From a virus (taxonomy: Duplodnaviria > Heunggongvirae > Uroviricota > Caudoviricetes): a stretch of DNA of 64,000 bases. Location: IMG/VR virus record IMGVR_UViG_2721755712_000001; one strand, given 5' to 3'. Below the pieces are notes generated by a model. The model saw only the letters and a list, made by a program, of their open reading frames with translations, searched no databases and had not been told where the DNA came from. The position numbers and the translations under genes are program-made. Below, piece after piece: positions 49,802 through 57,945 of this stretch; within the stretch, counting starts at the first letter, position 1; every line of letters begins with the position of its first letter.

Positions 49802-50131
49802 TTACGCGAATACCTCAAGAAACTCCTGAACGTCCCAATGCTGGACGAGGTGAAGATAGACCTTAGAAATCACGTCATTTTCGCTATCGCATGTGAAGTA
49901 GTACTTCTGGCTGCGGTTGTATGTGTCCACACAAAATTCGCTCATATCCATAAAGTCAGCATCTTCACCCATGTCGCAAATCATCAAAGCAGGTGCGTCA
50001 TCACGAGTCATCAGCTCAAGCACCCACCGCGAATTGATCAGAGTGGAAGACCAACCTTCTAACTCATAAAACTGATCAAACTCTTTTTGAGTTAATTTCT
50101 TGATTTGGTTGATGTCGATATTTGCAAACAT
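49802..50131 (-). CDS. small acidic early protein (hypothetical; anti-defence candidate)
   Basis: ATG 50129-50131 with AAGGA RBS; 109 aa acidic; class I promoter/operator at 50144-50177 (the track's upstream ATG lies inside the operator). Confidence 0.45.
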   Translation of the reverse strand: MFANIDINQIKKLTQKEFDQFYELEGWSSTLINSRWVLELMTRDDAPALMICDMGEDADFMDMSEFCVDTYNRSQKYYFTCDSENDVISKVYLHLVQHWDVQEFLEVFA

Positions 50132-50310
50132 AAAGCAATCCTTAAACAACATGTTTTCTTGATGGTGTTATTATCGCAATAACGCACAGGCGAAAAAGGA
50201 TTTTATTCCGGTGAATGTGGTTTTGGCAGTGAGTTTTCAGGTTCAGTACCGAGTACACTTTTTACATTATTCTGATTTAGTGGCCGAAAGTGGCTGGTGG
50301 GCAGAATAAT

Positions 50311-50640
50311 CCTCTCCCCGAAAACCTACTGAAATCGATTGTGACCCGTTGGCTGTCTGGCACAATTACGCTGTAGCTGGGCATTCAGAGGGAATCCAGC
50401 GGTAAGCAAGTCCGCCTACGTGAGCGCCTCTCTTCTTCCCGCACATTACAGGTGGGTAGCCGCAACTCTCCCTCTCGCTATACCGGTACGCCACCGTTCC
50501 TGAACCGGCATCGAGCCTTCTCCCGAAATCCACACAGGCAACTCGACCGTTTCCCTGAAAACCTCCAGCCGTTCCCCGAAGGCAACCCAGCCGTTTCTGT
50601 AGCGGGATGCAGCCTTTTCCCTGTATGGACCGAAGGCTGA
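50311..50640. repeat. iteron-like direct repeat cluster B (~7 degenerate 22-bp units, consensus CCGTTTCCC-GAAAA...CAGC)
   Basis: e.g. CGTTTCCCTGAAAACCTCCAGC / CGTTCCCCGAAGGCAACCCAGC / CGTTTCTGTAGCGGGATGCAGC in register at 22-bp spacing; non-coding (track ORFs here are low-complexity artefacts). Confidence 0.6.
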
Positions 50641-50779
50641 CCGTAGGGGTGTTACGGGGGATAAAATCAGGAGTTGAATAAATACGAAAAAGGAGGCGAC
50701 ACCCCTCCTTCCCTCTCCACTTATACATACCTGGCTTCTTCGCTATACATGTTGTGTTTTCTTCGTGTTTTATCTGTCT

Positions 50780-51570
50780 CAACCTCTCTATAGGCGTTAA
50801 TGCTCACTCCTTCCAGAACGTTCTATACGGCGACTATTTCTGTTGGTGAATTGGGTGTGTTGTTTTCTCTGTCGGTGTATGTGGTTTCGTTAGTTTTGCG
50901 GTGATTCTTCTATGGGGTGTTCTCGTCGTTTTGGTGATTGTTCTTCTCCGTGTATGGAGTAATGGCAGGTGGGCGATTGCTTTCGTTATTGTGTTTGAGT
51001 TGTTTGTCTGGAGTGTGTGAAAGGCTTTTGTAGTTATTCGTGTATTGGGTAATGGCGTTTCCCGTGATTGTTACGCTTCGTGTCTTTTGGGATTGAGAGA
51101 AACCTTGCGGTTACAGGCTTCGTTGGGGTTTCAGCGGTTCAGGTGTTTCTTCGCTGTTTGGGTAATGGCGTGTCGTGGGTATCGCGCGTATGAATGTTTT
51201 CGGATTGCCTGTGAAAGTTAGGTTGGTTGTCCGGTAGCCTGAGAAGAAGAGGTGGGTCTTTTCGGTAGCCTGCCATAAAGAGGTTGGTTGTTATGGGGAA
51301 TGGCATATGTGTTATTTAGTTGTTTTGTTATAGCTGAAAATAAGTTGTTTATATAGTTATGTAACGCAATGGGAGTGATTTTGAGCGTGTGTTTTTGTTG
51401 GTAGTGTGTTGGGTCGTCTGTGGTGAAAATTGGACGCTGTGGCGCTGTCTGCTGCGTAGAATTACGGGTATAAGAAGTGATGTGTGAATACGTCAATTTT
51501 TTAGACCAAATCGGGTGAAAGCGTTGACGTTTCGTTGATCTGTTATTTAGTTGTTTTCTTATTGGTATAA
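50780..51570. repeat. GT-skewed non-coding tract (~800 bp) with several degenerate direct-repeat families
   Basis: Plus strand almost only G/T; repeated GGGTAATGGCG-type units (50951, 51041, 51150, 51290), CGGTAGCCTG x2 (51230-51275), TGTTATTTAGTTGTTTT x2 (51311, 51541); no credible ORF. Confidence 0.6.
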
Positions 51571-51703
51571 ACAACGTTAACCTATTGATATTTAAAGGTG
51601 TGATTGCAGGTATGGAAGAAGAGTAGTGGCGATCAACGGATTCTTATAGAAAAGAATCAAATTGTGACCGCCATTATCAACTGATTGATTAAGCTAATTA
51701 CAC

Positions 51704-52894
51704 TCAAACATCCCCGTTCTTAATCCACTGCCTGACTTGCTCGTCTTGTGCGACTTCTTTCTCATGTTTGGCAATATACAAGTCTGGCAATAGGGGTGGA
51801 GCGAATTCAGGCTCTGTCGCACGCCACTTTTCATATGCGTCACGCATGGATTTCTCAACATTCCAATGCTCCAACTCTTGGTATTCAATCGGCCAGTTAT
51901 CCTGCAATCTCTTCACTGCATTAGCCAGGTCGTATCGGAAGTAAGGATTAAGACCAATGAAATTACCAGCCAGCATGTCATCAACCTCCTTCACTCTGGC
52001 AATCTTAGAAAACTTACCAATAGCAATGTTGAGGTCCCAATCTGACACGAACAACAAAAGTGCTGCAAATGCCAGAAACTTAGCTTCCCCGTATGCTCTG
52101 TCGCTAACCGTTTTTGTCTGAAACTCAATGTAATTGCCCATCACAAAACTAGTAAGCTTACAGGTCTTACTTATCTCGTCCTCCAAATGCGATGGATCGA
52201 GAATTGTGCGGTCACGATTATTGTTTATGTGTTCTAAGATTACAGCAATGTCTCTATGTGAGACTGAAATTTCACGCAATTGCTGGAGAGTCTTGATGTG
52301 AACTCTTAGCACCTCTTTGTCAATCGCACGCTTCCAAGAAAAACCAGGCACAGTAACCTGAATGGGCGCGAAAGGTAGAATATCAGGAGTTGTCCATGCT
52401 AGATATGCATCACGTAACCCACTAATATAATAAAGCCAGTCTAAATGCTCGCTTTCTAACCATATTTCAAATGTGGAATCCTTTCGCTTATTGAAGAACC
52501 ATTCCCTCATCTGCCACATTTTTTCTTGAGTAAATATCCCTTCCTGTATGCCGGCACAGACCAGCTTTCGTATTACCTGCGAATACTTTGTTCGATCTTT
52601 TGTGAATGAGACAAGGTGCTGCTTCACCTCAGATGTTAGTCTATCTCCATAGAAATCACATGATGGATGATGGCCTTGACCATCTTCACCGGTAAATCTG
52701 AAATGCGCCTTCTTGTGATAGCCACCATTCCTAGTGGCTCTAACGAACGAACCACCTCCAACTTTGCAAATGGGGCAGATGATATCGTCACGGGCAATAG
52801 CATGAACCGAGCTGTCATCTAAATTCTTTAGCGCCAAGTACTGCTCAGGATCGACTTCTTTTTGTAACGATTTTGAAAAAGCGGTATCAGTCAT
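51704..52894 (-). CDS. hypothetical protein with N-terminal Cys/His zinc-ribbon-like motif (candidate replication initiator or DNA-binding protein)
   Basis: CPICK...HHPSC cluster near N-terminus; ~396 aa from ATG 52892-52894 (GGAG RBS); directly adjacent to the iteron/GT-rich region. Function inferred from context only. Confidence 0.45.
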   Translation of the reverse strand: MTDTAFSKSLQKEVDPEQYLALKNLDDSSVHAIARDDIICPICKVGGGSFVRATRNGGYHKKAHFRFTGEDGQGHHPSCDFYGDRLTSEVKQHLVSFTKDRTKYSQVIRKLVCAGIQEGIFTQEKMWQMREWFFNKRKDSTFEIWLESEHLDWLYYISGLRDAYLAWTTPDILPFAPIQVTVPGFSWKRAIDKEVLRVHIKTLQQLREISVSHRDIAVILEHINNNRDRTILDPSHLEDEISKTCKLTSFVMGNYIEFQTKTVSDRAYGEAKFLAFAALLLFVSDWDLNIAIGKFSKIARVKEVDDMLAGNFIGLNPYFRYDLANAVKRLQDNWPIEYQELEHWNVEKSMRDAYEKWRATEPEFAPPLLPDLYIAKHEKEVAQDEQVRQWIKNGDV

Positions 52895-53064
52895 TCCAAG
52901 CTCCGAGCAAGGGGTTATTTGTTCAATTATCATTCGGAATTATTTACTGTCTCGCCCAGTTTCACGTCATTTTATTCCCTAGTCTAGCTTTTCTAGGGTA
53001 TACAGCTTATTACAAGCTCCTCATTATTAACTGTTTCCGTAACTCATTGATCCGCTTATACACT

Positions 53065-53364
53065 CTACCAACACCAGCACTCAAGCCCTTCAACGATCGG
53101 CGCACCACAATCAAAATGTACAGAGTCAAAGCCTACATCAAGTACTTTCTGAATGTTAGCAATCGCGCCTTCGGATATACCATATCGACGCAAGTCGTCT
53201 TTCCAGACATCATCCTGTAACCCGGCGTGGACAATACAACCGCCATCAATTTGTGAAACCCAATCCAGCTCATTGCTTGCGATCATGAATCGGCGAGCAT
53301 CTTCCTCTGATGTATGAGATGAACTGATCAATGCCACCTGGTAGGCTTGGGTAATGTTCAACAT
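53065..53364 (-). CDS. hypothetical protein (last element-type gene before the chromosomal junction)
   Basis: ATG 53362-53364 with GGAGTGG RBS; two class I palindromes upstream (53378-53392, 53427-53442). Confidence 0.4.
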   Translation of the reverse strand: MLNITQAYQVALISSSHTSEEDARRFMIASNELDWVSQIDGGCIVHAGLQDDVWKDDLRRYGISEGAIANIQKVLDVGFDSVHFDCGAPIVEGLECWCW

Positions 53365-53376
53365 TTCAACCACTCC

Positions 53377-53445
53377 GAAACAATTTGTTTTCTTATGTGG
53401 CTTATTATCTCAATCAACAAAAGGTAGAAAACAAATTGTTTTAGG
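53377..53445 (-). promoter_or_regulatory. tandem class I operator-like palindromes (GAAACAATTTGTTTTC and GAAAACAAATTGTTTT) with GAGATAAT -10-like element between
   Basis: Two copies of the AACAA-N-TTGTT dyad 35 bp apart upstream of gene 53065..53364. Confidence 0.5.
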
Positions 53446-53479
53446 GCTTGTGTAAATCAGGAGGGATTGTGTCTATATG

Positions 53480-53512
53480 AAAATGCCCAGCGTGTTGCCG
53501 GGCATTGCGAAC
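53480..53512 (-). terminator. metG terminator (stem-loop with one mismatch + T-run)
   Basis: Minus-strand ATGCCCGGCAACACGCTGGGCAT followed by TTTCAT, ~15 nt after the metG stop. Confidence 0.5.
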
Positions 53513-53525
53513 AGAGGTTGCTTAA

Positions 53526-55559
53526 TTACTTAACCTGGTGGCCAGGTTTAGCACCAGCATCCGGGCTTAACAGGAAGATATCTTTCCCGCCGGGGCCAGC
53601 AGCCATCACCATACCTTCGGAGATGCCGAAGCGCATCTTACGCGGAGCCAGGTTAGCCACCATAATGGTGTGACGACCAATCAGTGCCTGTGGGTCTGGA
53701 TAAGCAGAACGGATGCCTGAGAAGACATTGCGTTTTTCACCGCCGAGATCCAGCGTCAGGCGCAGCAGTTTGTCAGAACCTTCAACAAACTCTGCGTTTT
53801 CGATCAGTGCCACGCGCAGGTCAACTTTGGCAAAGTCGTCAAAGGTGATGGTTTCCTGAATCGGGTCGTCTGCCAGCGGGCCAGTAACTGGCGCGGCAGT
53901 AGCTTTCACTTCTTCTTTAGACGCTTCCACCAATGCTTCCACCTGTTTCATGTCGATACGGTTATACAGTGCTTTGAACGGATTCACTTTATGGCCCAGC
54001 AGCGGTTGCTGGATGCCATCCCAGGTCAGTTCCGTATTCAGGAATGCTTCCGCACGTTCTGTCAGTTTCGGCAGTACCGGTTTCAGGTAAGTCATCAGCA
54101 CGCGGAACAGGTTGATGCCCATTGAGCAAATCGCCTGCAGGTCAGCATCGCGACCTTCCTGTTTTGCGACTACCCAAGGAGCCTGCTCGTCGACATAGCG
54201 GTTAGCCAGGTCAGCCAGTGCCATGATTTCACGGATAGCTTTACCAAATTCGCGGCTTTCCCACGCTTCACCAATCACTTCAGCGGCATCAGTGAAGGTT
54301 TTGTACAACTGCGGGTCAGCCAGCTCGCTTGCCAGCACACCGTCAAAACGCTTATTGATAAAGCCAGCGTTACGGGACGCCAGGTTAACCACTTTGTTCA
54401 CGATATCGGCATTCACACGCTGAACGAAATCCTCCAGGTTGAGATCGATATCATCAATGCGCGAAGAGAGTTTCGCAGTGTAGTAGTAACGCAGGCTGTC
54501 AGCGTCAAAATGATTCAACCAGGTGCTGGCTTTAATAAAGGTGCCGCGAGACTTGGACATCTTCGCGCCGTTCACCGTCACATAGCCGTGAACAAACAGG
54601 TTGGTCGGCTTGCGGAAGTTGCTGCCTTCCAGCATGGCAGGCCAGAACAGGCTGTGGAAGTAAACGATATCTTTACCGATGAAGTGGTACAGCTCGGCGG
54701 TGGAGTCTTTCTTCCAGTATTCATCGAAGCTGGTAGTGTCGCCGCGCTTGTCGCACAGATTCTTGAAGGAACCCATGTAGCCAATCGGTGCGTCCAGCCA
54801 GACGTAGAAATATTTACCCGGCGCGTTCGGAATTTCAAAACCGAAGTAAGGTGCGTCGCGGGAGATATCCCACTGTTGCAGACCAGATTCAAACCACTCC
54901 TGCATTTTGTTTGCCACCTGCTCCTGCAACGCACCGCTGCGGGTCCATGCCTGCAACATTTCGCTGAAAGAGGGCAGATCAAAGAAGAAGTGTTCAGAAT
55001 CACGCATTACCGGGGTAGCACCAGAAACCACCGATTTCGGCTCGATCAGTTCAGTCGGGCTGTAGGTCGCGCCGCAAACTTCACAGTTATCGCCGTATTG
55101 ATCTGGCGCTTTACATTTCGGGCAGGTGCCTTTCACAAAACGATCCGGCAGGAACATGCCTTTTTCCGGGTCGTACAACTGAGAGATAGTGCGATTTTTA
55201 ATAAAACCGTTCTCTTTCAGGCGAGTATAGATAAGCTCAGACAACTGACGGTTCTCTTCGCTGTGCGTCGAGTGATAGTTGTCATAGCTGATGTTAAAGC
55301 CTGCGAAATCAGTCTGGTGTTCCTGACTCATTTCGCCAATCATCTGCTCCGGTGTGATACCAAGTTGCTGTGCTTTCAGCATGATCGGCGTACCGTGGGC
55401 ATCGTCGGCACAGATGAAATTAACCTCGTGGCCGCGCATTCGCTGGTAACGAACCCAGACATCAGCCTGGATGTGCTCCAGCATATGGCCGAGGTGGATT
55501 GAGCCGTTAGCGTACGGCAGCGCGCACGTCACCAGAATTTTCTTCGCGACTTGGGTCAT
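53526..55559 (-). CDS. metG: methionyl-tRNA synthetase
   Basis: 677 aa from ATG 55557-55559 ([29 protein letters not shown]...); HIGH-type and KMSKS motifs; matches Escherichia-type MetG as recalled. Confidence 0.97.
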   Translation of the reverse strand: MTQVAKKILVTCALPYANGSIHLGHMLEHIQADVWVRYQRMRGHEVNFICADDAHGTPIMLKAQQLGITPEQMIGEMSQEHQTDFAGFNISYDNYHSTHSEENRQLSELIYTRLKENGFIKNRTISQLYDPEKGMFLPDRFVKGTCPKCKAPDQYGDNCEVCGATYSPTELIEPKSVVSGATPVMRDSEHFFFDLPSFSEMLQAWTRSGALQEQVANKMQEWFESGLQQWDISRDAPYFGFEIPNAPGKYFYVWLDAPIGYMGSFKNLCDKRGDTTSFDEYWKKDSTAELYHFIGKDIVYFHSLFWPAMLEGSNFRKPTNLFVHGYVTVNGAKMSKSRGTFIKASTWLNHFDADSLRYYYTAKLSSRIDDIDLNLEDFVQRVNADIVNKVVNLASRNAGFINKRFDGVLASELADPQLYKTFTDAAEVIGEAWESREFGKAIREIMALADLANRYVDEQAPWVVAKQEGRDADLQAICSMGINLFRVLMTYLKPVLPKLTERAEAFLNTELTWDGIQQPLLGHKVNPFKALYNRIDMKQVEALVEASKEEVKATAAPVTGPLADDPIQETITFDDFAKVDLRVALIENAEFVEGSDKLLRLTLDLGGEKRNVFSGIRSAYPDPQALIGRHTIMVANLAPRKMRFGISEGMVMAAGPGGKDIFLLSPDAGAKPGHQVK

Positions 55560-55716
55560 AGTAGGCATTACTTCTTTGTAGTGAAAAGGGGCTTGATAGT
55601 AACAAAATGGCCTTATGTCTGCCATGTGATAACAGCATTTCTCATAAATGATTAAATGTCGCAGCTGGAGTACACTACAAGGCGACAATTGCGCAAATTA
55701 AAATAAAGGAGACGGG

Positions 55717-56817
55717 ATGAGCGAGTCCAAATCGCCGGATGCCCTGAGAGCAATGGTAGCCGGTACGCTGGCTAATTTTCAGCACCCAACCCTGAAACAC
55801 AACCTGACTACGCTTAAAGCGTTACACCATGTTGCGTTGATGGATGACACACTGCATGTCGAACTAATCATGCCTTTCGTGTGGAATAAGCCTTTTGAAG
55901 ACCTGAAAGAGCAATGTAGTGGTGATCTGCTCCGTATCACTGGCGCAAAGGCTATTGACTGGAAGCTGTCGTACAACATTGCCACGCTTAAGCGCGTCAA
56001 AAACCAACCAGGCATTAATGGTGTTAAGAATATTATCGCCGTAAGCTCAGGCAAGGGCGGTGTAGGCAAATCGTCCACAGCAGTAAACTTGGCACTGGCT
56101 TTGGCTGCTGAAGGTGCGAAAGTTGGTATTTTGGATGCCGATATCTATGGTCCATCAATTCCAACCATGCTGGGCGCGGAAAACCAACGTCCAACCTCAC
56201 CTGACGGTACTCACATGGCACCTATCATGTCTCATGGCCTGGCAACCAACTCTATTGGTTATCTGGTCACCGACGACAATGCAATGGTGTGGCGTGGACC
56301 GATGGCCAGCAAGGCGCTGATGCAGATGTTGCAGGAAACTCTATGGCCTGATCTGGACTATCTCGTTCTCGATATGCCGCCGGGCACTGGTGATATTCAG
56401 TTGACGCTGGCGCAGAACATTCCTGTAACTGGTGCGGTTGTGGTAACTACGCCGCAAGACATCGCGCTGATCGATGCGAAGAAAGGCATTGTGATGTTCG
56501 AAAAAGTCGAAGTGCCGGTACTGGGTATCGTCGAAAACATGAGTGTGCATATTTGCAGTAACTGCGGTCATCACGAGCCAATTTTTGGCACCGGTGGCGC
56601 ACAGAAACTGGCCGAGAAATACAACACGCAGTTGTTAGGCCAAATGCCACTTCATATCTCTCTTCGTGAAGATCTGGATAACGGAACACCAACCGTTATT
56701 AGTCGTCCAGATAGCGAATTTACGGCTATTTATCGTGACCTCGCAGATCGCGTTGCTGCCCAAATGTATTGGCAAGGTGAAGTAATACCTGGCGAAATCG
56801 CATTCCGCGCAGTGTGA
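55717..56817 (+). CDS. apbC: Fe-S cluster carrier ATPase ApbC/Mrp
   Basis: 366 aa; Walker A SGKGGVGKSS; C-terminal CxxC (CSNCGHHEP); divergent from metG as in enterobacterial chromosomes. Confidence 0.95.
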   Translation: MSESKSPDALRAMVAGTLANFQHPTLKHNLTTLKALHHVALMDDTLHVELIMPFVWNKPFEDLKEQCSGDLLRITGAKAIDWKLSYNIATLKRVKNQPGINGVKNIIAVSSGKGGVGKSSTAVNLALALAAEGAKVGILDADIYGPSIPTMLGAENQRPTSPDGTHMAPIMSHGLATNSIGYLVTDDNAMVWRGPMASKALMQMLQETLWPDLDYLVLDMPPGTGDIQLTLAQNIPVTGAVVVTTPQDIALIDAKKGIVMFEKVEVPVLGIVENMSVHICSNCGHHEPIFGTGGAQKLAEKYNTQLLGQMPLHISLREDLDNGTPTVISRPDSEFTAIYRDLADRVAAQMYWQGEVIPGEIAFRAV

Positions 56818-56820
56818 TAA

Positions 56821-56845
56821 AAAGGCGGTGCATTGCACCGCCTAA
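56821..56845. terminator. bidirectional terminator between apbC and the umuD'-like gene
   Basis: GGCGGTGCA-T-TGCACCGCC hairpin flanked by A-run and T-containing flank. Confidence 0.55.
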
Positions 56846-56854
56846 TCAGTTCTC

Positions 56855-57244
56855 CTACATCACGGGACAATCATCAAACTCGCCACTTCTTGCGTCGTTG
56901 ATAATGTGAGTGATCACACCAAACACGGCATTGCTGCTCGTGCATCCATCGTCATCCTTTGGCAATGCTTCCTTCTTACCGGTTCTTAAATCCTCCAGAT
57001 GCTGACGTGGATACTTCCGGTATCTTTTTACGCGATATTCCCCATCCAGAGCGCATACAAGCAGAGAACCATCAACCGGGGTAAGTGAGGAATCGACCAC
57101 CAGCAATGCACCCTGTAATATTCCCTCACGATGATGACTATCAGCTGCCCTCATGAAGTAGGTCGCTGAAGGATGTCTAATTATCTGCTGATCAAGAGAA
57201 ATACGGCTCTCAGCATAATCCGCCGCAGGAGAAGGGAAGCCCAT
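56855..57244 (-). CDS. UmuD'-like S24 peptidase-family protein (begins at the position equivalent to the UmuD autocleavage site; no umuC partner)
   Basis: MGFPSPAADY... aligns with UmuD from Gly25 onward as recalled; Ser (AADSH) and Lys (EYRVKRYRK) at the expected catalytic positions; LexA box 19 nt upstream; divergent extended C-terminus. Confidence 0.65.
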   Translation of the reverse strand: MGFPSPAADYAESRISLDQQIIRHPSATYFMRAADSHHREGILQGALLVVDSSLTPVDGSLLVCALDGEYRVKRYRKYPRQHLEDLRTGKKEALPKDDDGCTSSNAVFGVITHIINDARSGEFDDCPVM

Positions 57245-57262
57245 AGCGTTTTCACCTCAGAA

Positions 57263-57282
57263 TACTGTTTATCCATACAGTA
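57263..57282 (-). promoter_or_regulatory. LexA (SOS) box TACTGTATGGATAAACAGTA upstream of the umuD'-like gene
   Basis: CTGT-N8-ACAG matching the SOS-box consensus TACTGT(AT)4ACAGTA; GAGGTGA RBS between box and ATG. Confidence 0.7.
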
Positions 57283-57408
57283 TACATTAAAGATGCTTGA
57301 AGTGTGCAATAGCGCGATGCTTTGCGCTCGCCTGGTGGTGCGTTATTTTTTGGCTATATCTTCTTTCTGATATACCGGATCGTTTCCTTTTGGCAGCAGG
57401 AGGCTTAA

Positions 57409-57594
57409 CTACCGGTAGTGCCGTAGCCGTTCCATGAAATAGGTGCGCAGGTTCTCAGGTTGCTCACGGGCTAGCTGTTCCGCTATGACGGGTATGTTCA
57501 ATCGCTCTTTGTAGGCAACCCCCCTGGCAGCCAGGTCAACGTTAACTTTATTCCTTTCTTCCTGGCTTTTGGCTGCTATGTTCCAGTTGCTCAT
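57409..57594 (-). CDS. hypothetical small protein (61 aa)
   Basis: ATG 57592-57594, 2 nt after the stop of the upstream small ORF; charged/helical composition. Confidence 0.3.
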   Translation of the reverse strand: MSNWNIAAKSQEERNKVNVDLAARGVAYKERLNIPVIAEQLAREQPENLRTYFMERLRHYR

Positions 57595-57596
57595 GT

Positions 57597-57812
57597 TTAA
57601 GGCTCACATTTCCAGATGGTATTCTGAACACCCGAACCGGGCGTAAGATGAGGGTTAGCGTTCGCACTATGCTGATATACAGCTTTGGACTTTCCATATT
57701 GCTGACAGGCTTTATCTGCGGTTTTTTGCAGGCAGTCCAGCCCATACCAGCCATCTGACTGGATGCTAACATTTTCGCCGTCATTGTATTGCACCATCGC
57801 ACACCCAGACAT
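57597..57812 (-). CDS. hypothetical small Cys-rich protein, possible lipoprotein remnant
   Basis: In-frame upstream extension encodes a signal-peptide-like stretch ([16 protein letters not shown]) with no in-frame start, suggesting a damaged lipoprotein gene. Confidence 0.25.
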   Translation of the reverse strand: MSGCAMVQYNDGENVSIQSDGWYGLDCLQKTADKACQQYGKSKAVYQHSANANPHLTPGSGVQNTIWKCEP

Positions 57813-57945
57813 AGCTAAAATCGCACCGACAATACCGCTTTTACAAAAAGCTCTAATTAGGTCATTCGTTACCTAATGTCCGAACTGCTAAAGCATCCAA
57901 GTTGCTGTAGAATCACATCCAATTACTTAAACCTGAAATAAGTGG

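Noticed and set aside
50295-50302. Chi site (GCTGGTGG) on the plus strand, with a reverse-complement copy near 46855
   Set aside because: Only one or two occurrences in 64 kb, about chance expectation for an 8-mer; no evidence of enrichment or orientation bias.
50311-50640. Possible CRISPR array suggested by regularly spaced repeats
   Set aside because: Units are degenerate, about 22 bp and contiguous with no unique spacers of uniform length; no cas genes. Pattern fits iterons or binding-site arrays, not CRISPR.
50366-50782. ORFs 50366..50782 (minus) and 50452..50640 (plus) over the repeat cluster, and ORF 51218..51574 over the GT-rich tract
   Set aside because: Low-complexity translations of direct repeats with extreme strand composition; no RBS or plausible protein composition. 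Treated as non-coding.
57597-57870. Calling the 71-aa ORF an intact lipoprotein gene
   Set aside because: The signal-peptide-like extension (…[16 protein letters not shown]) has no in-frame start codon before an upstream stop; retained only as a low-confidence ORF and possible remnant.
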